The notes under the pieces: generated by a model
What the model saw: the letters and a program-made list of their open reading frames with translations, nothing else
Database searches by the model: none
Told to the model about the DNA's origin: nothing
Shown: positions 10,396 through 20,146 of the stretch, piece after piece
Position numbering within the stretch: position 1 is the first letter of the stretch
Layout: the number at the start of each line of letters is the position of its first letter
Assembly: GCA_918234285.1 (NCBI GenBank)
Contig: CAKJXZ020000030.1
Coordinates: 32,001 to 96,000 of the forward strand
DNA: 64,000 bases
Source of the DNA: Pseudomonadota bacterium
GTDB lineage: Bacteria > Pseudomonadota > Alphaproteobacteria > RF32 > CAG-239
Direction: 5' to 3'
Translations under genes and position numbers: made by a program

Positions 10396-12111
10396 TTAAA
10401 ACGATGACACAATATCAATATACGGTCTAATTCCTAAACTTTGTTTAAATTCGGAAATATATTTCAGCATATCGCCCCATTCGGTCCACTTATCCACGAA
10501 TTTCTTAGCAAATTCCGGCGATTTTGAAAGTTGTACTTCTATAACCTTTTCCAGCAAACTGCGCGAACCCGACTGCATTTTGGCGAAATCTACGTGCAAT
10601 TTTTTATCGTCGTCAAACCAAAACGCACCATAATCATGCAAATAGTTATATTCAATCAAATCGGCCATACGATGCGCTTCCCTGTCTTGCGGATAAGCCT
10701 TCATAAAATGATGTTTGACAATCCAGGTAACGTAAATTGCCTTCAGCTCCTCCTCGCTGATTATTCCGGCCTTAACGTATTCCGGCATCATCGCCGCCGA
10801 GACCATATCGGCTTTGTGCTCTTCAATTATATGATGATAAACACCGAGTGCGGTCTGATAGGTGCTGTCCGGTCCTAACGAATGCCCGTTTTCGTGCCCG
10901 ATGGTAAACAGATGGTCGTATTCGTTGTCATAATACTTATGCAACTCCGGAATTACCAGTTTTTTAAGTATTTCTTGTATTTTCTCGGATTCTCCGCTGC
11001 GCCGCACCTGACGATGATATACATTACGCCGCCCGCCGCCGTGAGCCAAACTCGGCTTATCGTTATTCGGCAGATTCTGCGCCAGAGTGATACCGCCGCG
11101 ACACAAAGCGTAGTCGCCGGTCAATGCTGCAATATCCGCATCAACCATAGTCTGTTTCAGCCCGTTTTTACCACCGACATTCTGCTCATATTTATCGCTG
11201 TACGGCATTAAGGTCGCCAACTTGGTCATTTCGTTTTTAAACTTCAGCAAAAGCTCGGTACCTTCTTTATTGACAATGCCGACTCTGATACCCAGCATAT
11301 CTTTCGGCACCGGATTAATATGCAAAGCCTCCAGACGCGCACACAAAGCTTTATCGGAAAACAGTTGTGAAGTCAGTTTATCGTCATAATTTTCGCGACT
11401 GAGGGTAAATTCCAGCGGTGTATCCTGCATTTTTGCCCAATGTTTATCGGCCAAAATATCCATTTCCTCATTGTTTTGCAACAGCGCCTGCGCTTGCCAG
11501 CCGAGATAATCCTTAAATAACTCGTCAGTAGTAAAATGCGCCGCACATTCCAACTCATTGGCAATTTCCGAAAATTCATCGGCAAAATACTCGGTATAGT
11601 CTATCGCCTTCAAATATTTACCGTCGCGCCGCACCATGGTACGCGCACTCAAAATCTTACGCACTTCGTCGTTTTTGCCTTCATCGAGCATCTTATTTAT
11701 AATCCGGCTCAATTCTTTGGCATCCAAATCGGTCGGATAAAAATTGCAACCGGCATACTGATGAATTCCTTCAAAAATTTCCACCGGCTCCTTATCGATT
11801 CCGTTGGAACCGGCAACCCCGTTCAGCGAATTAAACAGTTTCAACGTATTTGCGGCATACGGGCTCTTTCCGGCAGCAACCTCCAGTGCCTGTTTTTGCA
11901 CCAAATTCATCGGATGATCCATTTCGAGGGCCACATCATTGATAATACGTGCGGCATTAACCAGGTATTTCAATGCCTTTTTGTCACCCTCCGAAAGTTT
12001 TTTATACGATTCGTTTTCCTCGTCAATCAGCACCACCTGCCGCATTTGTTTATTAACTCTGTTTTTTATGTCTGCGGCCGAATACTTAATTTTAAAACCG
12101 TTAATTTTCAT
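10396..12111 (-). CDS. Peptidase M49 / dipeptidyl-peptidase III-like zinc peptidase
   Basis: HENGHSLG (HEXXH) with downstream EEHKAD; NFYPTD and AQNLPND motifs. Confidence 0.82.
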   Translation of the reverse strand: MKINGFKIKYSAADIKNRVNKQMRQVVLIDEENESYKKLSEGDKKALKYLVNAARIINDVALEMDHPMNLVQKQALEVAAGKSPYAANTLKLFNSLNGVAGSNGIDKEPVEIFEGIHQYAGCNFYPTDLDAKELSRIINKMLDEGKNDEVRKILSARTMVRRDGKYLKAIDYTEYFADEFSEIANELECAAHFTTDELFKDYLGWQAQALLQNNEEMDILADKHWAKMQDTPLEFTLSRENYDDKLTSQLFSDKALCARLEALHINPVPKDMLGIRVGIVNKEGTELLLKFKNEMTKLATLMPYSDKYEQNVGGKNGLKQTMVDADIAALTGDYALCRGGITLAQNLPNNDKPSLAHGGGRRNVYHRQVRRSGESEKIQEILKKLVIPELHKYYDNEYDHLFTIGHENGHSLGPDSTYQTALGVYHHIIEEHKADMVSAAMMPEYVKAGIISEEELKAIYVTWIVKHHFMKAYPQDREAHRMADLIEYNYLHDYGAFWFDDDKKLHVDFAKMQSGSRSLLEKVIEVQLSKSPEFAKKFVDKWTEWGDMLKYISEFKQSLGIRPYIDIVSSF

Positions 12112-13351
12112 GTTCTATCTCCACTGTTTTGAAGCGATAAAATTCCATCTGTGCACCGTCAACCTCATCCGGAATTTTAATGCGGTTGCGTATGGCTGTC
12201 ATAAGCGCCGCTTCTCCATCCGGACGTTCATCTGCAGCCATCAGAGCGCTGCGTCCTTTGTATTGTACATATACACCGTCATCGGTTTCCAAATAATTAA
12301 TCAACGGCAAATTTATATCCTTTTCTATTTTTTCCAACTCGGTCAGCAGATAAATTTTGTAAGCGGTAATCGGCTGTATTTTCTTGGCGACGGCCTTACG
12401 CGCCAACTCGACGATTGCTACTATAATCCCTTTATTTTTGCCGATTTTAGCTCGCGAAAAGACTTCTTTGTTGGCGGCTCCGAAAAAACGGATATACACC
12501 GTACCGCGATCAAACAATCGATAGGTTTCCGGCGTTTTATCAGGCCATATGGCATCATTTCCGTCAACCAATTCCAGATTCATCGTAAAATACTGTATAA
12601 TATCGCGGCCGTAGTGATTTATATATTCCTGCAGATTTTTCTTTTGCCGCTGTAACTCATTAACTTCGTTGCCGTTTTCAAACCACGACGCATAATTATC
12701 TTCAAGTGCCTGTGCCAACTGCGTATCGATTTCATCAAATATGCGGACTTTATAGGTGTGTTTCTGCGCCAAATAAACCGCTTCATTAATCAAAGAGTTA
12801 TCCTTATCATCGCCGTAGAAATCGGCGCCGAATACCACCAAATTGCCTTCTTTTTGCAAAAACTCATCGATTTCCTGCTCCGGAAAAATATCTTTATCGG
12901 GGAGTTTTGGCAAACGCACCTTTGCGCCGAAATTATGTTCGAGCAAATGTTTGTGCGCCTCGGGATTCCCGATAAATATTATTGACTTAAAAGTCGCCGA
13001 TTGTTTTATATCATGATATAGTTTAAGGATTTCCATAAGATTGCTTCCGGTAACCGTTTTCGGCACAATCAGTATTTTCGGATTTTTCAGATTATTTGTC
13101 TTCCACCGACTCAAGTAACCGGACAACGTTTTGCTCTTTGTTTGTTCGGTTTGATAGAATACCGCGGCGATAACCGGCCGGATTATTTCTTTATCTTCGC
13201 GCACCCGCCCATAATCCACCGCCTTTTCATAATTGGCAAAATTGTTATGATAAAAACGATTGTAATTAACCCAAACCACCAACGCCGCAACTATCAACCA
13301 AAAAAAGCGTATTCCCCATTTTTTAAGTTTTCGACGCGTTGTTTGCAACAT
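12101..13351 (-). CDS. Membrane-anchored protein, degenerate Memo/AMMECR1-like
   Basis: TM helix; IRPVIAAVFY resembles Memo N-terminus; C-terminal half resembles AMMECR1 (DGVYVQYKGRSAL). Confidence 0.45.
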   Translation of the reverse strand: MLQTTRRKLKKWGIRFFWLIVAALVVWVNYNRFYHNNFANYEKAVDYGRVREDKEIIRPVIAAVFYQTEQTKSKTLSGYLSRWKTNNLKNPKILIVPKTVTGSNLMEILKLYHDIKQSATFKSIIFIGNPEAHKHLLEHNFGAKVRLPKLPDKDIFPEQEIDEFLQKEGNLVVFGADFYGDDKDNSLINEAVYLAQKHTYKVRIFDEIDTQLAQALEDNYASWFENGNEVNELQRQKKNLQEYINHYGRDIIQYFTMNLELVDGNDAIWPDKTPETYRLFDRGTVYIRFFGAANKEVFSRAKIGKNKGIIVAIVELARKAVAKKIQPITAYKIYLLTELEKIEKDINLPLINYLETDDGVYVQYKGRSALMAADERPDGEAALMTAIRNRIKIPDEVDGAQMEFYRFKTVEIEHEN

Positions 13352-13375
13352 GATTTTCCACCCGAAAAAATTATG

Positions 13376-14002
13376 CTAAACCGCTATGCCGCACTTTTTG
13401 AGATTATTCAGCGACAATTCTATCACGGCATCTTCCAATTTTTCGATAATCGGCTCGTCCAAAACCGCCACCACCTGCTTTTTCTCGGTGTTGATGGTCA
13501 GATATTGTGCACCGTCCTCACACTCAAGCCAATAGCGCACATCGCCGTTTTTATGCTGATTTGCTTGCAAATTGGCATCAACTTTGTCGAGCGCGGTAAC
13601 CAGGCGCGATTCCGGTGTTTTTTTATCTTCGTATTCGCGCCACAAATCATAGATTCGCGCCCCGAGTTCAGCCGGCAAAATATCTCTATATTTCTGCATT
13701 GCCGCCAATTCACGTGCATCTTTGAGTTTTTTGGCTTCCGGATTTGCTCGCTGCACCGCCTTCGGACAATCGCCGATTTCGGCTTCGGCAATATCATGCA
13801 CCAGTGCCAATTCCAAGAGCCGTGTAAAATTATATTCATGTTTCAGATACGGATACACCATCATCAGCAGCCATGCCAATTTAAAGCTGTGCGAAGAATC
13901 GGTTTCGCTGCTGCCGTCAGAAAGCAAGGTTGCCCGTTTCACCAGGCAAACCTTGTCCAGAATCTTCATAAATTCGAGTATTTGCGCAATTTTATTTTGC
14001 AT
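13376..14002 (-). CDS. HD-domain phosphohydrolase (HD_3 / 5'-deoxynucleotidase-like)
   Basis: ETDSSHS, ALVHDIAEAEIGD, LWREYE, DKVD. Confidence 0.88.
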   Translation of the reverse strand: MQNKIAQILEFMKILDKVCLVKRATLLSDGSSETDSSHSFKLAWLLMMVYPYLKHEYNFTRLLELALVHDIAEAEIGDCPKAVQRANPEAKKLKDARELAAMQKYRDILPAELGARIYDLWREYEDKKTPESRLVTALDKVDANLQANQHKNGDVRYWLECEDGAQYLTINTEKKQVVAVLDEPIIEKLEDAVIELSLNNLKKCGIAV

Positions 14003-15272
14003 TTTTACCTATAAACTTTTTGCCGCCCAAATACGGTTGCAATTTTACCGGAATCCGCACCGTACCGTCGGCTTGTTGATGATTTTCGATAAACGGCACC
14101 AACGCACGCGGCGTAGCGATACCGGTGTTATTCAGCGTGTGACAAAAACGCACTTTGCCGTCGTTGCCGCGATAGCGCAAATTGGTACGCCGCGCCTGCC
14201 ATTCCGTAATATTAGAGCAGGAGTGAGTCTCGCGATAGCAATTCTGCGACGGCACCCAAGCCTCCAAGTCATATTGCCGATATTTCGGTGCGCCCATATC
14301 GCCGGTGCAAACTTCCAGCACCTGATACGGCAATTCCAAATCCTGTAGAACTTCTTCGGAAATCTGCAACAAAGTTTTGTGCCATTTTTCACTTTCCGCC
14401 ATATCATTTTTGCAAATAACAAACTGTTCGGTTTTGAAGAACTGATGCACTCTGACCAAACCGCGCGTATCCTTACCGGCTGCACCGGCTTCGCGGCGGA
14501 AACACGGCGAAAATCCGGCATACAGCACCGGCAAATCGGCCTCAGTCAGCATTTCATCGGCGCGAAGTGAGTTCAAAATCAATTCGGCCGTACCCGAAAG
14601 ATAAATATCGTCGGCCGGCATATAATAAATCTCATCGCGAGCAAACGGCAGATAACCCTGATTGTACAGCGGCTTTTCCTTAGAAAGTGCCGGCACCGTA
14701 ATCAGCGTAAAGCCATGTTCGCGCAGTTTATCCATCACCAACATGTGGATTGCCAACTCGAGTTGCGCCAAATCATTCTTAATGGCATAAGTGCGCGAAC
14801 CGGAAACTTTGGCGATTCGCTCCATTTCGCTCCAATCATTGATTTCCATCAACTCAATATGATCTTTCGGCTGAAAATCAAAATGCGGAATTTCGCCGAC
14901 TTTGCGACGCACCACATTAGCCGAATCATCAGGACCGTCCGGACTTTCCTCACTCGGATAGTTCGGCATTCTGAGCATCATGTCATTGAATTTTTCTTCC
15001 AGAGCGAGCAGTTGCTCCTGTTCTTTTTTGAATTCTTCGCCCACCGCCTTACTTTTGGCGATAATGGCCGGTCTTTCTTCGTTTGATGCGGACTTAATCG
15101 AATTGCTGAGCTTATTTTTTTCTTCTGCCAATGCCTGCGACGACGTTTTAAGTTTATTCATTTCATAAAATGCCGCCAACAGTTCATCAACCTTCTCTGC
15201 CGGAAAGCCTTTGCGCCCCAGGCTCTTCTTCACCCAATCGGTGTTATCTGCAATAAATTTAATATCCAACAT
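13992..15272 (-). CDS. serS: Serine--tRNA ligase
   Basis: MLDIKFI, GTAE, CFRREAGAAGKDTRGLVRVHQF, HTLNNT. Confidence 0.98.
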   Translation of the reverse strand: MLDIKFIADNTDWVKKSLGRKGFPAEKVDELLAAFYEMNKLKTSSQALAEEKNKLSNSIKSASNEERPAIIAKSKAVGEEFKKEQEQLLALEEKFNDMMLRMPNYPSEESPDGPDDSANVVRRKVGEIPHFDFQPKDHIELMEINDWSEMERIAKVSGSRTYAIKNDLAQLELAIHMLVMDKLREHGFTLITVPALSKEKPLYNQGYLPFARDEIYYMPADDIYLSGTAELILNSLRADEMLTEADLPVLYAGFSPCFRREAGAAGKDTRGLVRVHQFFKTEQFVICKNDMAESEKWHKTLLQISEEVLQDLELPYQVLEVCTGDMGAPKYRQYDLEAWVPSQNCYRETHSCSNITEWQARRTNLRYRGNDGKVRFCHTLNNTGIATPRALVPFIENHQQADGTVRIPVKLQPYLGGKKFIGKNAK

Positions 15273-15409
15273 CTTTTTTGCCTTAAAAAATTATAGTTAA
15301 ACCTTGGCAGATTATACGTTGTTTCTCCGAGATTACAACACAAATTTTCATGTTGTGACCGTTTTTCGCACGCAAAAATATTTTTTAGACAAAATATGCT
15401 GTTTTTTGC

Positions 15410-15438
15410 TTGATTTTTTGCAAAAAACCGGTTATACT
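15410..15438 (+). promoter_or_regulatory. Sigma70-type promoter divergent from serS
   Basis: TTGATT-17 bp-TATACT. Confidence 0.65.
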
Positions 15439-15444
15439 GAAGCT

Positions 15445-15979
15445 GTTAAACCTAGGGATTATGTTTGAGATGTATATATAAATTATTGTACTTCTTGTTA
15501 AAGACATAGACCAACTTGTATGACGCTATAATGTTTGAACGTTGTTTCTTTAAGTTAAATAAGCGGCTTAAATTGAGACATACTGGATACGTTTGGTGCG
15601 GTTGGATTTCTTTTTGAGATTCATTTATATGCGAGCCCTAGGTTTTTAATTAGAAGTTGAATTAGATTAAATCGTTATGAAGTGCTTTGTTTTGTGCTTT
15701 TTGCGAATTTAAGATTCTGAGTTATTTGTACTTTATGCCCAAATCTATCATATACCACTCGTAAAATAAGTTTCCGAACCTCGAGCATAAGCGTTGGAGA
15801 ACGTGGGGGTCTGACTGGCGATAGCTTGATCAGTGGAAGGGTATGATAAGTTTGCAATTAGAGAGTATACAGATAATTTTCAAATTTTAAGTTCCGAAAA
15901 TGTCACATTAAATCAGAATTGCTTCGGCAGTTTTGATGCTTTGTGCGGATTAACGAGGAGGTCAAAAATTTATAGAACT
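15445..15979 (+). ncRNA. Candidate long structured 5' leader or ncRNA
   Basis: 10-bp helix AAACCTAGGG (15448)/CCCTAGGTTT (15636); TATCATA..CCACT/AGTGG..TATGATA helix; 11-bp C(UUCG)G hairpin at ~15912-15937. Confidence 0.45.
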
Positions 15980-16474
15980 ATGAAGAAGTTTTTCGTTATA
16001 GCTCTTTTAATGGTTTGTGTGAATACAGTTATGGGACAGATATTTATTCGCAACAATGGAGAGACTTCCACTCTGTCTTTCGGCGGAGTGTACGTCGATG
16101 TTCCGTCAAGCAGTGTGCCCTTTGTAAACTTCTTACGTCCCAACGAGCCGCTGATCCCCGAGGTCGCAATCGTTGCTAGAGAGAAGACCGCAGAGTGGAT
16201 GCACGACTACGGTGCATTAGAGACCGCAATGCGCGTCGGACAAGAGACAAGGAAGCTTACTCCGCTGTTGAGGAGCCTCAAGGCTAGGAAGAGCGGTGCC
16301 GCAAGCAACGACTCTAACTATGAGGCAAGGAAGAAAGCTGATGCTCATAAGGCAGCTCAGGAGTACGCTGCAAAGCGCAACTCTTCGAAGCCGGTTGAGT
16401 TCAAGATTTCTACCAAGGCTGATAGCTCACACACAACCACTACTACTACCGGAAGTTTTTCTTCAGGTATGTAA
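15980..16474 (+). CDS. Orphan secreted protein with atypical codon usage
   Basis: Signal peptide MKKFFVIALLMVCVNTVMG|Q; Lys 12 AAG:1 AAA and Glu 10 GAG:0 GAA (hand count). Confidence 0.75.
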   Translation: MKKFFVIALLMVCVNTVMGQIFIRNNGETSTLSFGGVYVDVPSSSVPFVNFLRPNEPLIPEVAIVAREKTAEWMHDYGALETAMRVGQETRKLTPLLRSLKARKSGAASNDSNYEARKKADAHKAAQEYAAKRNSSKPVEFKISTKADSSHTTTTTTGSFSSGM

Positions 16475-16479
16475 AAAAA

Positions 16480-16522
16480 GAAAACTCCCTGATACCGAAA
16501 GGTTCGGGGAGTTTTCCGTTTT
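16480..16522 (+). terminator. Intrinsic terminator
   Basis: GAAAACTCCC-TGATACC-GAAA-GGTTCGG-GGAGTTTTC followed by a T-run. Confidence 0.7.
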
Positions 16523-16629
16523 TAAAAGCCAAACTTTCTCCATAAATTGTAACAAAATTTTCATACAAAAGTAAAAAATACTGTGTTATAAATAAGTTAT
16601 AAGACGTATTTTGAACAAGGAGAATAACC

Positions 16630-18543
16630 ATGGTCGGAGATTTTGACGACGTAAACAGCCCGGAATTCCAAGAAGCTCTTAACAAAGCAAAAAGAGAGGC
16701 CCAAAAAAGAGAGCAGGCAAAGGAATATCAGCCGACTGCCAAGGAAAAAGAACTTATGCTCAAATTGGCAAAAACTTCGCCTAAAATGTATCGTGATGCC
16801 AAAGCGGGCGCAACTTTGTTGGTGCAAACAGGTAACGCGCAACAAAAAGATGCCGCGCAAAAATATCTTGACGTCATGAAACAGATAGAAAGAGAAAATC
16901 CGGCGTTGAAAAAAACTCTGGACAATCCGCCGAAATTATCGGAAGCGCAGCAAAAAAAGCAAGATATGGAGTTTTTAAATTACTATGCCAAGGAATTCCC
17001 GAACGAATTTAAAGACATGATTAAGTTTGTGGATTTCTACAAATCATCTCCGATTGCTCAATATTATGTCGGCTTAATGAAGGAAGTGCAACAAAATATG
17101 GCGGCACCGCGCGAGCAGGAACATCAGGATAATTCTTCCAACGATGCTCCCAAACCGGAAAAAACCGATAAAGACAATAAACCGGCACAACCTTCCGGTC
17201 GTGATGATGACGGCAATAAAGGATTTATGTATCTTTCCGATAATATGGAACATGCCCTTAAAATGGGGCCTACGGTCTTGAAAGAATATATGGAACAAGA
17301 ACTCGGTGTCGAATTTCCGCGCGATATTATTCGCCACAACAAAGACGGCGGAGAATATATTCCGACCAGATTGTTGCGCAAATGGTTTGAAGAAAATCGT
17401 CTGACCGACGAACAAATGGATAAGATAAATGCCCTGGTCGATGACCGCTCATCTTTTAATGCCAAGGTGCGTGAAATCAACGAGCGCGATAATTATATTG
17501 CACCGACGCCGCAAAACGAACAATCTGAGCAACATGCTGCGGAAAACGGTGAAAACGGAAAATCTGAGGCCGCCCAAAAAGAATGTTCACTTAAAACGGA
17601 GAATAACGGAACCGCTATCTGGACCGTCAGCGGTTTAGATGAAAACGCCGATAACCCTCTCAAAAACGGCACATATACATTCTACAAAAACGAAAACGGT
17701 ATGTACATTCAATATCTCAGCCCGAACGCATCCGAATCCCCGAAATACGGTCCGATGACAGCGGAAGAAATGGCTAATCACCAGATTGTTAAGGCCTTGG
17801 AAAAGGAAGTTGATGCCGAAGCAAACAAACAATATCAGTTTAATTGTTGGCAACCGATGACTGAAGAAGAAAAGCGGGCGCACGACGCCGAAAAAGCAGA
17901 CAAAGAATATGCGGCACATATTGCAGCCATGAAACCGGAAGAAATGGAGAAAGAAAAAGCCGAACTTACGCAAAAAGCAAAGCAGGGAGATAAAAGTGCC
18001 GAGCACAAACTAACCATGCTGGAACAAGAGCAGCAGCAGCGTAAAAAGGCTCAGGAAGCCCAAAAGAAGCAGGAAGATATCGAAAAAATGCGCGAACTTT
18101 TGCGCAACAATCCGAAGAAATTCGAAGATGTCAAAAATGCTTATAAAGCCGCAATGAAAGATGATGTTGTGAAAGAACAGGCCGCTTATTATCTGGGTAT
18201 AATCGACGAAGTGGAAAAAGATGAAGCCACCAAAGAAAAAGTACGCCAGGAAAAAGAACGCTCTCTTAAAAAACTCGAAAAAGAGATCAAGCGTCTCGAA
18301 AAGCAGGCTAAGAAGATGAAAGAAAAAGGCGAAAAAGCCAAGGCCGAACAACTGGAAGCTCAGGCTAAGGAAAAACGCGCCACTTTAGAGCAAATGCGCA
18401 ACGATCGCGCCAAAGCACGGGCAACCGACGGCACGAAAGCCGAAACAACTCCGCAGGCGGATAAAACAGCTACCGACAAAACCCAAAACGTTGAGCGGCA
18501 AATACGGATTATCCGCAGGAGAAATGACAATTCCATGGCTTAA
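16630..18543 (+). CDS. Orphan 637-aa charged/coiled-coil protein with internal helical repeats
   Basis: Long ORF, AAGGAG RBS, K/E-rich, basic C-terminus. Confidence 0.8.
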   Translation: MVGDFDDVNSPEFQEALNKAKREAQKREQAKEYQPTAKEKELMLKLAKTSPKMYRDAKAGATLLVQTGNAQQKDAAQKYLDVMKQIERENPALKKTLDNPPKLSEAQQKKQDMEFLNYYAKEFPNEFKDMIKFVDFYKSSPIAQYYVGLMKEVQQNMAAPREQEHQDNSSNDAPKPEKTDKDNKPAQPSGRDDDGNKGFMYLSDNMEHALKMGPTVLKEYMEQELGVEFPRDIIRHNKDGGEYIPTRLLRKWFEENRLTDEQMDKINALVDDRSSFNAKVREINERDNYIAPTPQNEQSEQHAAENGENGKSEAAQKECSLKTENNGTAIWTVSGLDENADNPLKNGTYTFYKNENGMYIQYLSPNASESPKYGPMTAEEMANHQIVKALEKEVDAEANKQYQFNCWQPMTEEEKRAHDAEKADKEYAAHIAAMKPEEMEKEKAELTQKAKQGDKSAEHKLTMLEQEQQQRKKAQEAQKKQEDIEKMRELLRNNPKKFEDVKNAYKAAMKDDVVKEQAAYYLGIIDEVEKDEATKEKVRQEKERSLKKLEKEIKRLEKQAKKMKEKGEKAKAEQLEAQAKEKRATLEQMRNDRAKARATDGTKAETTPQADKTATDKTQNVERQIRIIRRRNDNSMA

Positions 18544-18549
18544 ACCGAT

Positions 18550-18584
18550 AGCGGCAACTTCGTATTTCACAAGTTGCCGCTTTT
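18550..18584 (+). terminator. Intrinsic terminator
   Basis: AGCGGCAACTT...AAGTTGCCGCTTTT. Confidence 0.7.
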
Positions 18585-18614
18585 CTTAAGTTTGTAAAGT
18601 CAGTCTAAATAATC

Positions 18615-19178
18615 TTAAGATAAGGATAATCCGTGCAAGATTGCCTCAAAGTCGTCGTGTTGCGGTGAGCATATATATGCGCCGATTTTCATCTCATCAT
18701 TATCGTTAAGCAAATAAAACTTGCGTAATTGCACATAATTTTGCCCGTCCAGCGAATAGCTGGCGATATAGCACCCTTTTTTCTTTTTTAAGCGATACCA
18801 TACGTGCTTAACCCCTTGCGGCAACGGTATTGTCGCCAAATCGGAAAAACCGGCGTTGGTCAGTGAAGTCGCCAACAGCGGCGTATTTTCGTCTTCATAC
18901 ATAACCGCCGCCTTAAACCAATTATTGACATCCGTACGCACCATCACGCCGCATTGGTCAAACACTCCGAAATTTTCGCAACTCCAATCCAAATCACAGC
19001 AAAAATCGCCCAAGACATAACTGAAGAAAAAATGCCCGTCATCTTTTTGAAAACCGTAACGTTCGCAACACCAAAAGTCGGTGCGATACTTTGCCACAAC
19101 GTGCATCCCGTCTTCATCAAAACGCACGCGTTGCGGTTCGTTCATCCAATCAAATTCTTTCAGTGTTTCCAACAGCAT
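18615..19178 (-). CDS. DUF1349 (concanavalin-like) protein
   Basis: WMNEP, TDFW, FDQCGVMV, GAYICSP. Confidence 0.85.
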   Translation of the reverse strand: MLLETLKEFDWMNEPQRVRFDEDGMHVVAKYRTDFWCCERYGFQKDDGHFFFSYVLGDFCCDLDWSCENFGVFDQCGVMVRTDVNNWFKAAVMYEDENTPLLATSLTNAGFSDLATIPLPQGVKHVWYRLKKKKGCYIASYSLDGQNYVQLRKFYLLNDNDEMKIGAYICSPQHDDFEAILHGLSLS

Positions 19179-20107
19179 TAAAAACTCCTCACGGCATAAT
19201 TGGTAACTTTATCAAGTGCCTCCGCCAACTCATTATTTTTCGCATGCGGTAACATAATCTGCAGCGTTATAATCTCATCGCCCTGCCCGTTTTTGGCCTT
19301 AATTCCCTGCCCCTTCAGGCGCAGTTTATCGCCGCTTGATGACATCGGCGGCACCGTAACCATAACTTTTCCGTTAACCGTCGGCACCGTAATTTTGGCA
19401 CCTTGTACCGCTTCCACCACCGAAATCGGCAAATCGAGCAAAATATTCAGACCGTCGGTCTTAAAATACGGATGTTCACCCACATTAAGCGTAATCAGAA
19501 CATCGCCGTTGGCACCGCCGTTAATGCCGGGATTTCCCAGCCCTTTCAGCCGCAAAGTCTGGCCGTTTTGCGTACCGGCCGGAATTTTGACATTAACGCT
19601 TTTACCGCCCAAATTAACCTGTTTTTCAATACCTCTGGCGGCATCCAAAAAGTCAATATTCATATTGTACGATACATTCTGACCTTTACGCGAAGTAGCG
19701 CGTCCACCCCGCGAACCTCCGGTAAACTGCGAAAAAATATCTTCACCGAAAATCGAAGAAAAATCGAATCCCTGTGCTCCGTCGAAACCGCCGGACCCGC
19801 GTTTAAACCCGCCAAACGGATTACCGCCGCCAAAATCATATCCTCCGGCATCTCCGCCGAAACCCGCGCCGAAACCGGTCGGTTTACCGTCGGCATCTAT
19901 TTCGTTATTGTCATATTTTTTGCGTTTTTCCGCATTACCGATGATATCGTAAGCATTCGAAATTTCCTTAAATTTCTCCGCCGCATTCTTATCATCTTTA
20001 TTCAAATCCGGATGATATTTGCGCGCAAGCTTACGATATGCCGATTTAATCTCGGCATCCGTTGCAGTTTTACTGACTCCCAAAATTTGATATAAGTCCT
20101 TTGCCAT
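19178..20107 (-). CDS. DnaJ class B (CbpA-like) co-chaperone
   Basis: J domain with HPD, G/F-rich linker, C-terminal domain, no Zn finger. Confidence 0.92.
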   Translation of the reverse strand: MAKDLYQILGVSKTATDAEIKSAYRKLARKYHPDLNKDDKNAAEKFKEISNAYDIIGNAEKRKKYDNNEIDADGKPTGFGAGFGGDAGGYDFGGGNPFGGFKRGSGGFDGAQGFDFSSIFGEDIFSQFTGGSRGGRATSRKGQNVSYNMNIDFLDAARGIEKQVNLGGKSVNVKIPAGTQNGQTLRLKGLGNPGINGGANGDVLITLNVGEHPYFKTDGLNILLDLPISVVEAVQGAKITVPTVNGKVMVTVPPMSSSGDKLRLKGQGIKAKNGQGDEIITLQIMLPHAKNNELAEALDKVTNYAVRSF

Positions 20108-20146
20108 AACCGTTTTCTCCCTATTAAGAATTATATAGGGATATTT

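Noticed and set aside
10209-10418. 69-aa ORF from the ORF track
   Set aside because: An overlapping frame gives a better gene with an RBS and lipobox (10202-10369).
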